A stretch of 64,000 nt of DNA from a virus (taxonomy: Duplodnaviria > Caudoviricetes), in the IMG/VR virus record IMGVR_UViG_3300048086_000017, positions 341 to 64,340 of that record, one strand, 5' to 3'. Positions 43,969 to 52,503 of this stretch are shown piece by piece. A model generated the notes under the pieces. That model saw only the letters and a program-made list of their open reading frames with translations, searched no databases and had not been told where the DNA came from. The translations under genes were made by a program, and so were the position numbers. Numbering within the stretch: position 1 is the first letter of the stretch; each line of letters begins with the position of its first letter.

Positions 43969-44631
43969 ATGCGCGATCCAAGGTTCACGCGTGCCTATGT
44001 TCGCATTATCGTGATCGCGCTGCTCCTGATCCTGCTCTTGCTAGGGGGCTTCCAAAGCATTTGGGTGTTCGCTGGATCTGCAAGTAGCATTATGGTGCAA
44101 GTGGGATTGCAGCGAACACGGGGGCAGGCCATAGCGAAGGATGTACTCATCCTTGCCTACCGCCCAGAGAGTGAGCATATCCAGGCGATTAGTGAACTCC
44201 AAAACGCCCTCCCACTTTTTGAGCAGACACAAAAGGGTCTGCAAGTGGGGGATAGTTCATTGATGCTGCCGAACCGCATTGCCGATGAGATTGTGCAGTT
44301 GGTTGCGGCAACACAACCAGATTTCGTATCTATCGACACCGCCGTAAAGGTCATTCTTGCTCAAGTGCATGCTCATCCCGATGCCCCCATTGATCCGACG
44401 CAACGAGATATCATTCTCGCTCATGAACACGGTTATGTGGTAGCAATGAGCGCCGTGAATAGCGCATGGCAGGCACGGATAGAGAGCGCGTTCTTGCACC
44501 TCTATGAGATAGAGACCGGGCATGTCGTTGTGCTTATTGCGCTCATTGGAGGCAATTACTTCTTCGTGACACGCCGGATCTACAACCAGCTCGTTGAGGA
44601 AGCCAAGACAGAGCAGAAGGAGACCTCATGA
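43969..44631 (+). CDS. Membrane protein with PilJ/NarX-like extracytoplasmic sensor domain, no output domain
   Basis: TM, then VGLQRTRGQAIAKDVL (cf. P-box AGxQRMxSQxIAK), LPLFEQTQKGL..GD..L.LP, second TM. Confidence 0.6.
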   Translation: MRDPRFTRAYVRIIVIALLLILLLLGGFQSIWVFAGSASSIMVQVGLQRTRGQAIAKDVLILAYRPESEHIQAISELQNALPLFEQTQKGLQVGDSSLMLPNRIADEIVQLVAATQPDFVSIDTAVKVILAQVHAHPDAPIDPTQRDIILAHEHGYVVAMSAVNSAWQARIESAFLHLYEIETGHVVVLIALIGGNYFFVTRRIYNQLVEEAKTEQKETS

Positions 44632-45569
44632 ACATTATCGATGGGTGGATTGACACGGCACTTGAAATAGACTACGACAATAAATCTATGTCCAGGCAAG
44701 GGCAAAAAGTCACACACATCTGTCTCCATGGTACGGCTGGAGGGACCAGTGCAGAAGGCATAGCCCACTACTTCCATGATAGCCCTGTACAAGCAAGCGC
44801 ACATATCATCATAGGGACTGATGGGCATGTAGTACAGGGCATGAGTCTCGACGATGCTGCATGGTCCAACGGAATTATCCTTCATCCTCGTATCCCGTGG
44901 GATGCATCAATTAATCCTAATCTCTATACAGCTTCGATAGAGCACGTGAAAGCCAGTACTGACAATTCCGATGAGTTGACCCCTGCTCAGAAGCTCGCCT
45001 CATTTCAGGTGATCGCGGCGATATGTGACTACTACGGCATAGCAAAACGGCGCGGTGATGTCCATGGGGGAATTATCAGCCACGCAGATCTAGACAGTGT
45101 GAACAGGGCCAGATGCCCCGGACCTTACCCATGGGATGAACTTATGGCCTTCCTTACCGGCTCACCAGTCACGATAGGAGAGGATACCACTATGCTACAA
45201 ATCACCGATCCATTTGCAGCCACCTATTTCGTTGATAAGGGCGGCGGGCGCTGGCATTGCACAAAGACACAGGTTGATATCATCGGGGGCATTCTTGCCT
45301 TCTACAGAGCCATTAACGGGGCTGTACGCTTACCCCTCACTGGTGAGCAATACACGATCCCTGGTGTCGTGTGGCAAGTGTTTGAAAGTGCCATTCTTGT
45401 GTATGACCCTCAGAAGAAACTGGACAATCCTACCGGCTCAGGCCCATGCTACTTGGCAAAGTTGGATAGCCCACTTGCCAAATCCATCCTTGCGACCAGC
45501 ACGCTCGACCTTGCCGCGATCACCAACCATGTGCAGGCCATCATGACGCTGTTGGGCGGGAAGCCATGA
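44628..45569 (+). CDS. Endolysin, N-acetylmuramoyl-L-alanine amidase (Amidase_2) with LGFP-like C-terminal region
   Basis: ICLHGT, SAHIIIG, ASIEH, ISHADLD...CPG; GAVRLPLTGE...QVFESAILVYDP. Confidence 0.9.
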   Translation: MNIIDGWIDTALEIDYDNKSMSRQGQKVTHICLHGTAGGTSAEGIAHYFHDSPVQASAHIIIGTDGHVVQGMSLDDAAWSNGIILHPRIPWDASINPNLYTASIEHVKASTDNSDELTPAQKLASFQVIAAICDYYGIAKRRGDVHGGIISHADLDSVNRARCPGPYPWDELMAFLTGSPVTIGEDTTMLQITDPFAATYFVDKGGGRWHCTKTQVDIIGGILAFYRAINGAVRLPLTGEQYTIPGVVWQVFESAILVYDPQKKLDNPTGSGPCYLAKLDSPLAKSILATSTLDLAAITNHVQAIMTLLGGKP

Positions 45570-45661
45570 GAGGAGAAAAGCCCTCGGCCATCGTGCTTGA
45601 TGCTTACTCAATGCCGATGTATCCAGAGTTTATAGCAGCATGAAATTGTTGGGAGGGAAGC

Positions 45662-45835
45662 ATGATTGGTCTCGACACACTAGAAAATATGCTCATTGTA
45701 CTCGGCGTGCTGGTCATTATTGGCACGGTACTGGTCATTGGGTGGAACGAAGCACGAACGCGGGCGCGGGTTGAACAAGAGCTAGAGAAGGATGAGACAA
45801 ACCCCGCGAGACTGAACCATAAGGGGGCATCATGA
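45662..45835 (+). CDS. 57-aa single-TM protein (not in ORF track)
   Basis: RBS GGAGGG; MIGLDTLENMLIVLGVLVIIGTVLVIGWNEAR...; ATGA overlap with next gene. Confidence 0.6.
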   Translation: MIGLDTLENMLIVLGVLVIIGTVLVIGWNEARTRARVEQELEKDETNPARLNHKGAS

Positions 45836-46227
45836 ACGATTTAGCGCCCATTGTCAGCCCGTTCCTGATGCTTGTGGCAACGTATCTGAGCCATAAGCTT
45901 CGCGATATGGATAAACTTCCACACGGCGTTAATATCGCGTTAACGCTTGGGTCAATCCTGGTCTTGTTTGGTTTGGATTACTGGTTGACTGCTGATGTGA
46001 CGGGGGACTTAAAACAGAACGTGGTTGTGGGTATTGGTCTGCTCTTATCGCTCATCTCAGGCGGGCGGGAGTTGTACGTGTTGTGGCAGATACTTGATGA
46101 CTCGCCCTCACCGCTGGTATCGCAGGATGCACCCCCGCCTGTCATTCTCACGAAGAAGCCGCAAGCCGCGACCACCGATGAGCCTCAGCCGATTATCTTG
46201 AAAGACGCTACCGGGGGGCAAGAGTGA
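45832..46227 (+). CDS. Putative holin
   Basis: Three hydrophobic segments; downstream of endolysin. Confidence 0.6.
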   Translation: MNDLAPIVSPFLMLVATYLSHKLRDMDKLPHGVNIALTLGSILVLFGLDYWLTADVTGDLKQNVVVGIGLLLSLISGGRELYVLWQILDDSPSPLVSQDAPPPVILTKKPQAATTDEPQPIILKDATGGQE

Positions 46228-46393
46228 CACGTGAGACGTGGGAGAGGATCAAGACGGGCGTGCAACTGGTCATCATTGGGGTGGTTGTCGTGCTGTTCTG
46301 GCTGCTTATGGCATTCTTGCTCTTTGCAGCGGGTGGGCCAGTGCATTAAGACGCCCGCTAGACATCAATCTAGCGGGCGTCTTGTTTCTCTCT

Positions 46394-46597
46394 TTAGAAG
46401 CCGTGTCGCTTTGCCTCTTCCACATCTTCTTCCGTATAGTAGAAGACTCCTGTAATTGGTGGATGCTCCGCAGAGAATTGCTCTACCAGGGCTTTTAGTT
46501 CTGCTCCGGCCTGCTCTCTTTCTTCATCTGAGAGCGTTTCATCGTTCCATGCGGCGCGTAGTGGGGCCTGAGCCTCTAAAAATTCGCGATCTGTCAT
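46394..46597 (-). CDS. Small acidic hypothetical protein
   Basis: RBS AAGGAG; downstream of tRNAs. Confidence 0.6.
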   Translation of the reverse strand: MTDREFLEAQAPLRAAWNDETLSDEEREQAGAELKALVEQFSAEHPPITGVFYYTEEDVEEAKRHGF

Positions 46598-46672
46598 TCT
46601 TTTTCTCCTTCATCTCGAACTTTGTTCCTGGCATAGAGGTTGCATAGAGTGCTCCTTACTATGGCTCAAGAA

Positions 46673-46744
46673 TGCTCTCTACGGGGATCGAACCCGCGTG
46701 ACGACTTTGAAGGAGTCGCAGCCTGACCACTAGCTGAAGAGAGC
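46673..46744 (-). tRNA. trnE: tRNA-Glu(UUC) with non-canonical C33
   Basis: GCTCTCT TC AGCT AGTGGTC AGGCT G CGACT CCTTCAA AGTCG TCAC GCGGG TTCGATC CCCGT AGAGAGC A; no encoded CCA. Confidence 0.85.
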
Positions 46745-46747
46745 GCA

Positions 46748-46819
46748 TACCCGCTACCAGATTTGAACTGGTGTCTGTTGCTTGAGAAGCAACCATCCTA
46801 ACCCCTAGACGAAGCGGGC
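46748..46819 (-). tRNA. trnE: tRNA-Glu(CUC)
   Basis: GCCCGCT TC GTCT AGGGGTT AGGAT G GTTGC TTCTCAA GCAAC AGAC ACCAG TTCAAAT CTGGT AGCGGGT A. Confidence 0.92.
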
Positions 46820-46853
46820 GAGATGTCTCTCTGCTCAAAGAGAGACGAGACTA

Positions 46854-47192
46854 CTACTGGCGCACGGTAAAGCGCCGCACTGCGTAAGGTTGACCATCCT
46901 TGCGAATACAATCAGGGCCGCTATCAGGAACGATCAAATCAACTCGATCCTGCACGTCGGGATGAGCAAAGATCATCGTGCTGACAATATACAAGGTGTC
47001 TGTCTTCGGATCAGGCAATCCACTCACCGGGCCGTACTGAGTCATGCTCATCGGTACGCCGTCGATATGACGTACAACCTGTGGGGATGTGCGCACAGTG
47101 GCTCGATCCCCAGAAGGATCAACAGTCAAAATGATCTGATCCTGCGCATCCGCCACTCTCACGGTATGCGGGGTAAGGTTGACAAAGTTCAT
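46854..47192 (-). CDS. Conserved-looking hypothetical phage protein
   Basis: MNFVNLTPH...GLPDPK.DTLYIVS...DL.VP; RBS AAGGA. Confidence 0.75.
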   Translation of the reverse strand: MNFVNLTPHTVRVADAQDQIILTVDPSGDRATVRTSPQVVRHIDGVPMSMTQYGPVSGLPDPKTDTLYIVSTMIFAHPDVQDRVDLIVPDSGPDCIRKDGQPYAVRRFTVRQ

Positions 47193-47197
47193 GCGTT

Positions 47198-47587
47198 TTA
47201 TCCTTCCTGTAGTGCTGCTTCTATCGCAGCGTTCTCAGCTTCAAAATCCTTTTTCGCGCTACGAAGACGATACTTTGCGAGTGCCGCCGTGTATGCCTGC
47301 TCAGTTGTGACGCCCGCCTGTTGAGCAAGGTAGGCAACCGTCGAGTCAAGATCGCGCTGGTCCTGGTCATGATGCCATTCCTGGCAAGAATAGTAGACAA
47401 GATCGGCCAACTCTGAAAGCATGTCTAGCCTGCTCTTTGTGGCTTTCGCCTCTGTGAACTCCTGGTATTCGTGCAAGAGTTTGATCCTGATGGTGTCAAA
47501 ATCCTGCAAGTGGTCTTCGCCGCGCTGCTGCTTGGCGATGGTATGCGCAATCTTGATAAGTTCGTCTCTTGCTTGCGCTGCGTCCAT
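47198..47587 (-). CDS. MazG-like all-alpha nucleotide pyrophosphohydrolase
   Basis: KLLHEYQEF.EA...MLSELADLVYY acidic helix pair. Confidence 0.65.
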   Translation of the reverse strand: MDAAQARDELIKIAHTIAKQQRGEDHLQDFDTIRIKLLHEYQEFTEAKATKSRLDMLSELADLVYYSCQEWHHDQDQRDLDSTVAYLAQQAGVTTEQAYTAALAKYRLRSAKKDFEAENAAIEAALQEG

Positions 47588-47679
47588 GTCCTTCATCCTC
47601 CTTGTCTCAAGTGTAGCAGCGGTTTCGCTGGAACACATCAGAGCTAGCTATGAATTTTCTCAGTAGATAGAGTAGGTGT

Positions 47680-48051
47680 TCATACTGGCACCTCAAACAC
47701 ATTATCAAAGTGATCTCTGAGCAGTTGATAGGCTTTTTCTCTATCCCCTGGCTCATTGCGCCGTATCACGTCTTGAGCCTTTTTGTATGCCTTGAATGCC
47801 TCTTCACTGAGGTTACTGCATCCCCCCCCTACCCCATTGAGATCATTGCTCAATCTGCGAATAGTGCCAGAAGCATCGCCCTCATCATTGTAGAAGCGGA
47901 GAGCATAGCGCTCTCTCACCATTGGCTCAGTAGCCAGTTTCTCTAGCTGGCTACGTAACCATGTCTCAAGCCCCATATTTGCAGCGCTGGCTTTCGCCTT
48001 GAGCGCTGCATAGACATCATCAGAGACATCACGAATAGAGATTGCGGCCAT
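47680..48051 (-). CDS. Ribbon-helix-helix (Arc/FitA-like) regulator with extra C-terminal domain
   Basis: MAAISIRDVSDDVYAALKAKASAANMGLETWLRSQLE. Confidence 0.85.
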   Translation of the reverse strand: MAAISIRDVSDDVYAALKAKASAANMGLETWLRSQLEKLATEPMVRERYALRFYNDEGDASGTIRRLSNDLNGVGGGCSNLSEEAFKAYKKAQDVIRRNEPGDREKAYQLLRDHFDNVFEVPV

Positions 48052-48053
48052 AC

Positions 48054-48320
48054 TTATACCTCTCTCACAACGGCTTCAAGCATCCCCTCGATCTCATCCT
48101 CATCATAGCTTTCTTCCACTTCCTCATCGCTCATTTCTAGCATATCTGCGTTCTCTACCTCCTCATCGGTCAGCCGTTCCGCGCCGTGGGCATTCGTCCA
48201 GCCTTCACGCTCTCCCCAACTTGAACGTACCTCGTAAAAGTTCCCCTGGTACGCAATGACACCCTTTGTTGGGCCATCCCAGGAGGGAGAATAGAAGATC
48301 ACTTCGGAAAGTTTTACCAT
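48054..48320 (-). CDS. Small, very acidic hypothetical protein
   Basis: Start MVKL after RBS GAGAGGAG; tail EMSDEEVEESYDEDEIEGMLE. Confidence 0.7.
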   Translation of the reverse strand: MVKLSEVIFYSPSWDGPTKGVIAYQGNFYEVRSSWGEREGWTNAHGAERLTDEEVENADMLEMSDEEVEESYDEDEIEGMLEAVVREV

Positions 48321-48337
48321 GGCTTTTCTCCTCTCAA

Positions 48338-48393
48338 TTGCTAGCATTGCTATCACTTCCACTAGTATACGCTAGCAATGCTAGCAAAGTCAA
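48338..48393 (-). promoter_or_regulatory. Promoter with 15-bp inverted-repeat operators
   Basis: TTGACT(48393-48388)-18-TATACT(48369-48364); TTGCTAGCATTGCTA (48338-48352) and its exact inverse (48373-48387). Confidence 0.8.
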
Positions 48394-48688
48394 CGAATAT
48401 CTGTTCCAATTTCAGCATCTCCAAAATATTCATCACGACGCCCAAATCCTGACAAGAGCCTGACATTATGCTATACTTGCCCAGACTGAGCGGGCGCTTT
48501 GATCGATTGTTTGAAAGCGTCACAAGAAGGAATTACCTATCCATACCTCATCTACCAACCGCCTGCTCAGTCTCTCTCTTCCCATCACCGCTCACTTGTG
48601 TTATAATCCGGGTGTCTCGGACGTCGAGACGAAGACAGAACCCGAAAAACGAAAAAGCACAAGCATACCTGATTCACTTTTCTACACA

Positions 48689-48727
48689 CAAAGACGCTGC
48701 CACCTGGGGAAGCTGGCAGCGTCTTTG
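48689..48727. terminator. Bidirectional terminator
   Basis: 14-bp stem CAAAGACGCTGCCA / TGGCAGCGTCTTTG. Confidence 0.7.
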
Positions 48728-48746
48728 CTTTGGCATCGTGATGCGC

Positions 48747-49232
48747 TCAGTTTGGCTTGACACTCTCCAAAATCTGTAAGAAAGTTTGCTGAGAAATCCA
48801 GACCTGTATAGCCGGCGTCTCCCCCTCTCTCCCAATCTCATCTACTTTGCGCATAACATCCTCTGCCCAGTCAGGCATGGCGTAATGCTCTGTAGATGAC
48901 ACAGGCTCAACCCATGGTTCATCGTCTTCCCAGACGGTACGCAGGATATCGCCATACCCGCCAATCTCCCAATCTTCAGGGACCGGCCACACCTCATTGA
49001 GATAGCAAGCGAGAGGACAGTACAGTTGATTGTTACTCCGTCCAATGGCTTCGATCTTCCTGATTTCGCCATAGCCCGTACTTTTTGCTATCCAGGGGGC
49101 AACGGGATGCGCCATTGCCCATATATAGACCTTCTCCCAAGAGAACAGATCACCTAACGCCTGCTGCGTCGGGTCGGCATCGAGATCCTCAACCACCAAA
49201 TGCCCTTCGCGTCCAGTTTTACGCATCGTCAT
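48747..49232 (-). CDS. Hypothetical protein
   Basis: ORF track; Trp-rich; overlap with upstream gene. Confidence 0.7.
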   Translation of the reverse strand: MTMRKTGREGHLVVEDLDADPTQQALGDLFSWEKVYIWAMAHPVAPWIAKSTGYGEIRKIEAIGRSNNQLYCPLACYLNEVWPVPEDWEIGGYGDILRTVWEDDEPWVEPVSSTEHYAMPDWAEDVMRKVDEIGREGETPAIQVWISQQTFLQILESVKPN

Positions 49233-49474
49233 GCAAGTACCTCCTCCTGAAAAGGGCCAATATTCACGCCAATACTGAAAAGCATACAGTTGAGCCGGTG
49301 GGCAAGTTGCTCTTTCCGCTCCTTCTCCGCCTCAGAGAACGCCTCATACTTTGCATCGCTATCAGCAAACTTTCTCCCGGTGTAGAATTCGGAGTTGGGA
49401 TACTCTTGCCTGTACTCGCGGCTATGCCACCGTTTCAACGCCTCTTGTTTCTGCCAGATCGATTGTTTCTCCAT
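49229..49474 (-). CDS. Hypothetical protein
   Basis: RBS GAGGG; upstream TTGACA-16-TATACT. Confidence 0.65.
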   Translation of the reverse strand: MEKQSIWQKQEALKRWHSREYRQEYPNSEFYTGRKFADSDAKYEAFSEAEKERKEQLAHRLNCMLFSIGVNIGPFQEEVLA

Positions 49475-49640
49475 AATACCCTCGCTTTCTTGCAAGTAAA
49501 ACACTATCTACATGTAGTATACGGTAATGTACAAAATTGTCAATCGTCGTAGTGGCTCATAGTTCCCTCCAGGCTTTTGCTCTCTCATCCTTTGAGCATA
49601 CCCGGCATTTGGGGAAACTTCAAGAGTAATTGAATTCGGG

Positions 49641-50642
49641 TCACTTTATCCCTGCTCGGCGGGCGACCTCTTCACGGTACGGGTTATCAGCAGATGCCAG
49701 CACGCTCGCGTAAATGCCAGTGGTTGCTAGCGAGGCGTGGGCTAGTTTCTGCTGAATAAGTGGCAGCGGTGCGCCCGCGTCAAGCATGTTCTTTGTCCAG
49801 GTGTGGCGTGTTCTATGCACGCGGGTTGTACCAAAGTGCCTTTCACAGATGTCTGTGAAACTGCGTACCGACAACATCCCGCCATAGCTACGCCCACGAT
49901 AGCCGCCAGAGGCCAGTGATATCCAGAGCGGGCTATCCGAGGTCAAGGTAAGAGCGCCGCCGTAGTAGCTTCTCAGCCACACTAACAGGGCTTTACCTGT
50001 ATTCGTGTCAAGGATATCGCTCTGCTCTTTGCCGCCTTTCAGGTTGGTAAAGCGTAACGTAACGATCTCACTCTTACTCACCTCTACGTGTTGCCATCGC
50101 AGGCCCGCAACTTCTGAGACGCGCCGCCCTGTAGAGAGCAGCACAGACAGGATAGCATAATCACGCTTACCGATGGGCGTCTCTTGATCGATATGCCCCA
50201 AGCCCTCTGATGTCTGCTCTGTCGTGAGTGCGCGTACCTTGTCGTATTGATGAACTTTAGCCCGTTCAACCTTCTCAATGGGGTTGTAGTCGAGAAAGTC
50301 ATGCTTGATCGCATACACGTAGAAACTGCTGATAACGCTCAGGCGTTGTTTCTGCGTGGCGGGTGCGACTTGCTTCTCTGGCTTGACTGACCAGGAAGCG
50401 AACTCTTGCGCCGTGAGCGTGATGATTTGCCTTTCTGACATCCATTGATAGGCTTCGCGCTGCACATTGGAGAGGGTATTGAGGTCAAGCCCTTTGTATT
50501 GGAGTGCAGCGCGAAACTGCGCAAGGGTAGCGGCGTAGGCGTTCATCGTGCGCAGGCTCTGGCGTTTGGAGTGCAGCCAGGAGGCGATAGCGAGATCGAG
50601 CGGGCCTCCTGTAACAATCGTAGTGACTTCGTAGCTACTCAT
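49641..50642 (-). CDS. Tyrosine recombinase (XerC/D-like integrase/resolvase)
   Basis: LSTGRRVSE (R), KGGK (K), HRTRH (HxxR), LAH, TTGIY (Y); core-binding domain present, no arm-binding domain. Confidence 0.93.
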   Translation of the reverse strand: MSSYEVTTIVTGGPLDLAIASWLHSKRQSLRTMNAYAATLAQFRAALQYKGLDLNTLSNVQREAYQWMSERQIITLTAQEFASWSVKPEKQVAPATQKQRLSVISSFYVYAIKHDFLDYNPIEKVERAKVHQYDKVRALTTEQTSEGLGHIDQETPIGKRDYAILSVLLSTGRRVSEVAGLRWQHVEVSKSEIVTLRFTNLKGGKEQSDILDTNTGKALLVWLRSYYGGALTLTSDSPLWISLASGGYRGRSYGGMLSVRSFTDICERHFGTTRVHRTRHTWTKNMLDAGAPLPLIQQKLAHASLATTGIYASVLASADNPYREEVARRAGIK

Positions 50643-50866
50643 GATTTGCCCTTTCCCTTGTTCCTTTTCTCCAATCGCTCGCTGTTCTCTAGTCGAATAC
50701 CGATGTCTGTTATCAGACCGTCGCCGGTATGGTTCAGGGCAATGAGATCATAGGGCTTCCCATGTATCAAGAAGGTGATATCGCGCGGGCGACCTGTTGC
50801 CCCTCCAAATTCGTAGGTTCTCAGGAATTCGATCATCTGAGAAGTGGTCATCTTCGTAAAATCCAT
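50639..50866 (-). CDS. Hypothetical protein
   Basis: ATGA overlap with recombinase start. Confidence 0.65.
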   Translation of the reverse strand: MDFTKMTTSQMIEFLRTYEFGGATGRPRDITFLIHGKPYDLIALNHTGDGLITDIGIRLENSERLEKRNKGKGKS

Positions 50867-50922
50867 CGCTCATCCCTCTCGCTGTGTAAGAAAATTACCA
50901 TTTACTAAGGCTTTCTTGCACG

Positions 50923-51321
50923 CTATATTGAACAGTAGATCGGTTCATTGCGTTCTAGCGCCCTGTCCAAAAAGGCCAGTAACCTTTCACGCTTGTTTCG
51001 ATAGTAGGTATGCCAACCTTCAAGCGAACTCTCGCCACTGTCCTCAATATGTGCCCCGTCTTCTTCCAATTCTTCTCTACTTGGGAACTCTTGCGTGGTT
51101 TCCAGAACGGTTTGCTTAAACCATCGGATATCTTCAACCTGAAGATATCCTCCATCGTCGAGATGAGGCCCGATGGATATCCACCAGGAGAGATCAAACG
51201 TCCCTAATAGGCTGGTCACATTGTAACTATCTCGAAAGTAGCCCTCCGTCTCACTCCCAACAAACTTACGCTGCTCAGCATCATATCGATAGATGCTTTT
51301 GATGTACAAATCTGCTCCCAT
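50923..51321 (-). CDS. Hypothetical phage protein
   Basis: MGADLYI...GYFRDSYN; RBS GAGAGGA. Confidence 0.75.
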   Translation of the reverse strand: MGADLYIKSIYRYDAEQRKFVGSETEGYFRDSYNVTSLLGTFDLSWWISIGPHLDDGGYLQVEDIRWFKQTVLETTQEFPSREELEEDGAHIEDSGESSLEGWHTYYRNKRERLLAFLDRALERNEPIYCSI

Positions 51322-51403
51322 AAAATTCCTCTCTTTCGTTCATGCAACAGCATGTAAAACGGGTATTTTGAACTACAACAAATTGGAGTTAGTTACGGTT
51401 GGG

Positions 51404-51760
51404 CTACCTATACAGCTTCCGTATCTCGCGTTCTTGATCTCTCAGAAAGGCGAAACGCTCACCTTCTGGTCGATGGGATGCATGGATATGGGCAGCAATC
51501 ACATAACTGGCAACTTGCCATGCAACGGTTAATTCATAGCGACTCTCATCCCATCGGGTTGATTGCTGCATGAGGTTCATTAACCCTTGATCGGGTGGAA
51601 CGATTTGCTCGCCTGCTCCCCGGTGTTTTTGAATAGCCCCCTGAAGCTTGCGTGATGCATCCTGTCTCACGTATTCACATGAGCCGCTCCCATTGAACCA
51701 GCGGTAATGCATCCCTAACCCAATCTCTTGCATAATCTTCGTTTCAAGCTCTAGCGCCAT
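51404..51760 (-). CDS. Hypothetical protein
   Basis: RBS and ORF track. Confidence 0.7.
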   Translation of the reverse strand: MALELETKIMQEIGLGMHYRWFNGSGSCEYVRQDASRKLQGAIQKHRGAGEQIVPPDQGLMNLMQQSTRWDESRYELTVAWQVASYVIAAHIHASHRPEGERFAFLRDQEREIRKLYR

Positions 51761-51763
51761 CGT

Positions 51764-51991
51764 TCATCTTCCTTCCACTGCTGCAAAGACACGCCCCTGC
51801 TCTCTATCGCCTTCAATATAGCTATTGATGAGGCTATACCGTTTGCCGTCTGGCGTCTCTATCTCTCGAAAGAAGTTCTTCGACCTGAGCAGATCATAGA
51901 CGCCCATGGCCTGCTGTTCTGTCAGAAAATCGTCATCGGAAACGCCATACACGGCGACTACAGCCTCAAATGTGATTGGTTGGTTATCCAT
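51764..51991 (-). CDS. Hypothetical protein
   Basis: RBS and ORF track. Confidence 0.7.
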   Translation of the reverse strand: MDNQPITFEAVVAVYGVSDDDFLTEQQAMGVYDLLRSKNFFREIETPDGKRYSLINSYIEGDREQGRVFAAVEGR

Positions 51992-52006
51992 CGTTCATCT
52001 TTCCTT

Positions 52007-52357
52007 TCAATCATGTGTCTTTGTGGCTGGTTGCGAGACAATCGTGATGAGATGCTTCAGCCACGTTTGCAACTGCTCTGCTTTCTCGAATGAGACGCCA
52101 AAGCCTGGAACGGGCAAGAACCGGACGGTAAACATTCCATCAATCCATTGGCCTTGCATCCCAACGTCAAGCTTTCTCATTTTGGCTTTGGCTTTCTTCG
52201 CTCGCTTATTCTCTGTCAGCACGCTTTGAGCAAGCCAGTTGATAGCGGTCATCAGGATTTGCGCATTCTTCGCATAGATGTTGCCAGGAACGCCTTCAAA
52301 CTGAGCGCCAACGGTCCCATCGTCATACTCCCAATACTCAATACCAAGTTCTTTCAT
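52007..52357 (-). CDS. Hypothetical protein
   Basis: RBS and ORF track. Confidence 0.7.
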   Translation of the reverse strand: MKELGIEYWEYDDGTVGAQFEGVPGNIYAKNAQILMTAINWLAQSVLTENKRAKKAKAKMRKLDVGMQGQWIDGMFTVRFLPVPGFGVSFEKAEQLQTWLKHLITIVSQPATKTHD

Positions 52358-52374
52358 CGTTCATCTCCCTTTCA

Positions 52375-52503
52375 CTAATCCTCATGGTCGCTGGACAGGC
52401 TCAGTTCAAACTTCACCATTTGCCAGACAACCACGCCTATCCGCGCCACGATCAGCGCGAGCAGGGCTGCGACGCCCCACGTGAGTATTCTGCGTTTATT
52501 CAT
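52375..52503 (-). CDS. 42-aa single-TM peptide (not in ORF track)
   Basis: MNKRRILTWGVAALLALIVARIGVVVWQMVKFELSLSSDHED*; TAATG overlap. Confidence 0.55.
   Translation of the reverse strand: MNKRRILTWGVAALLALIVARIGVVVWQMVKFELSLSSDHED

Noticed and set aside
46238-46498. Plus-strand ORF after the holin as a possible spanin
   Set aside because: No lipobox or clear RBS, and it overlaps the better-supported minus-strand 46394-46597 gene.
46700-46720. Reading the first tRNA anticodon as UCA (opal suppressor or Sec)
   Set aside because: The 5-bp stem CGACT/AGTCG fixes the loop as CC-TTC-AA; shifting by one breaks the stem. The body matches tRNA-Glu.
48530-48550. Minus-strand ATG GAT AGG TAA micro-ORF resembling a CreT rare-codon toxin
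   Set aside because: Only one rare codon, and the SD-like GAGGT abuts the ATG with no spacing.
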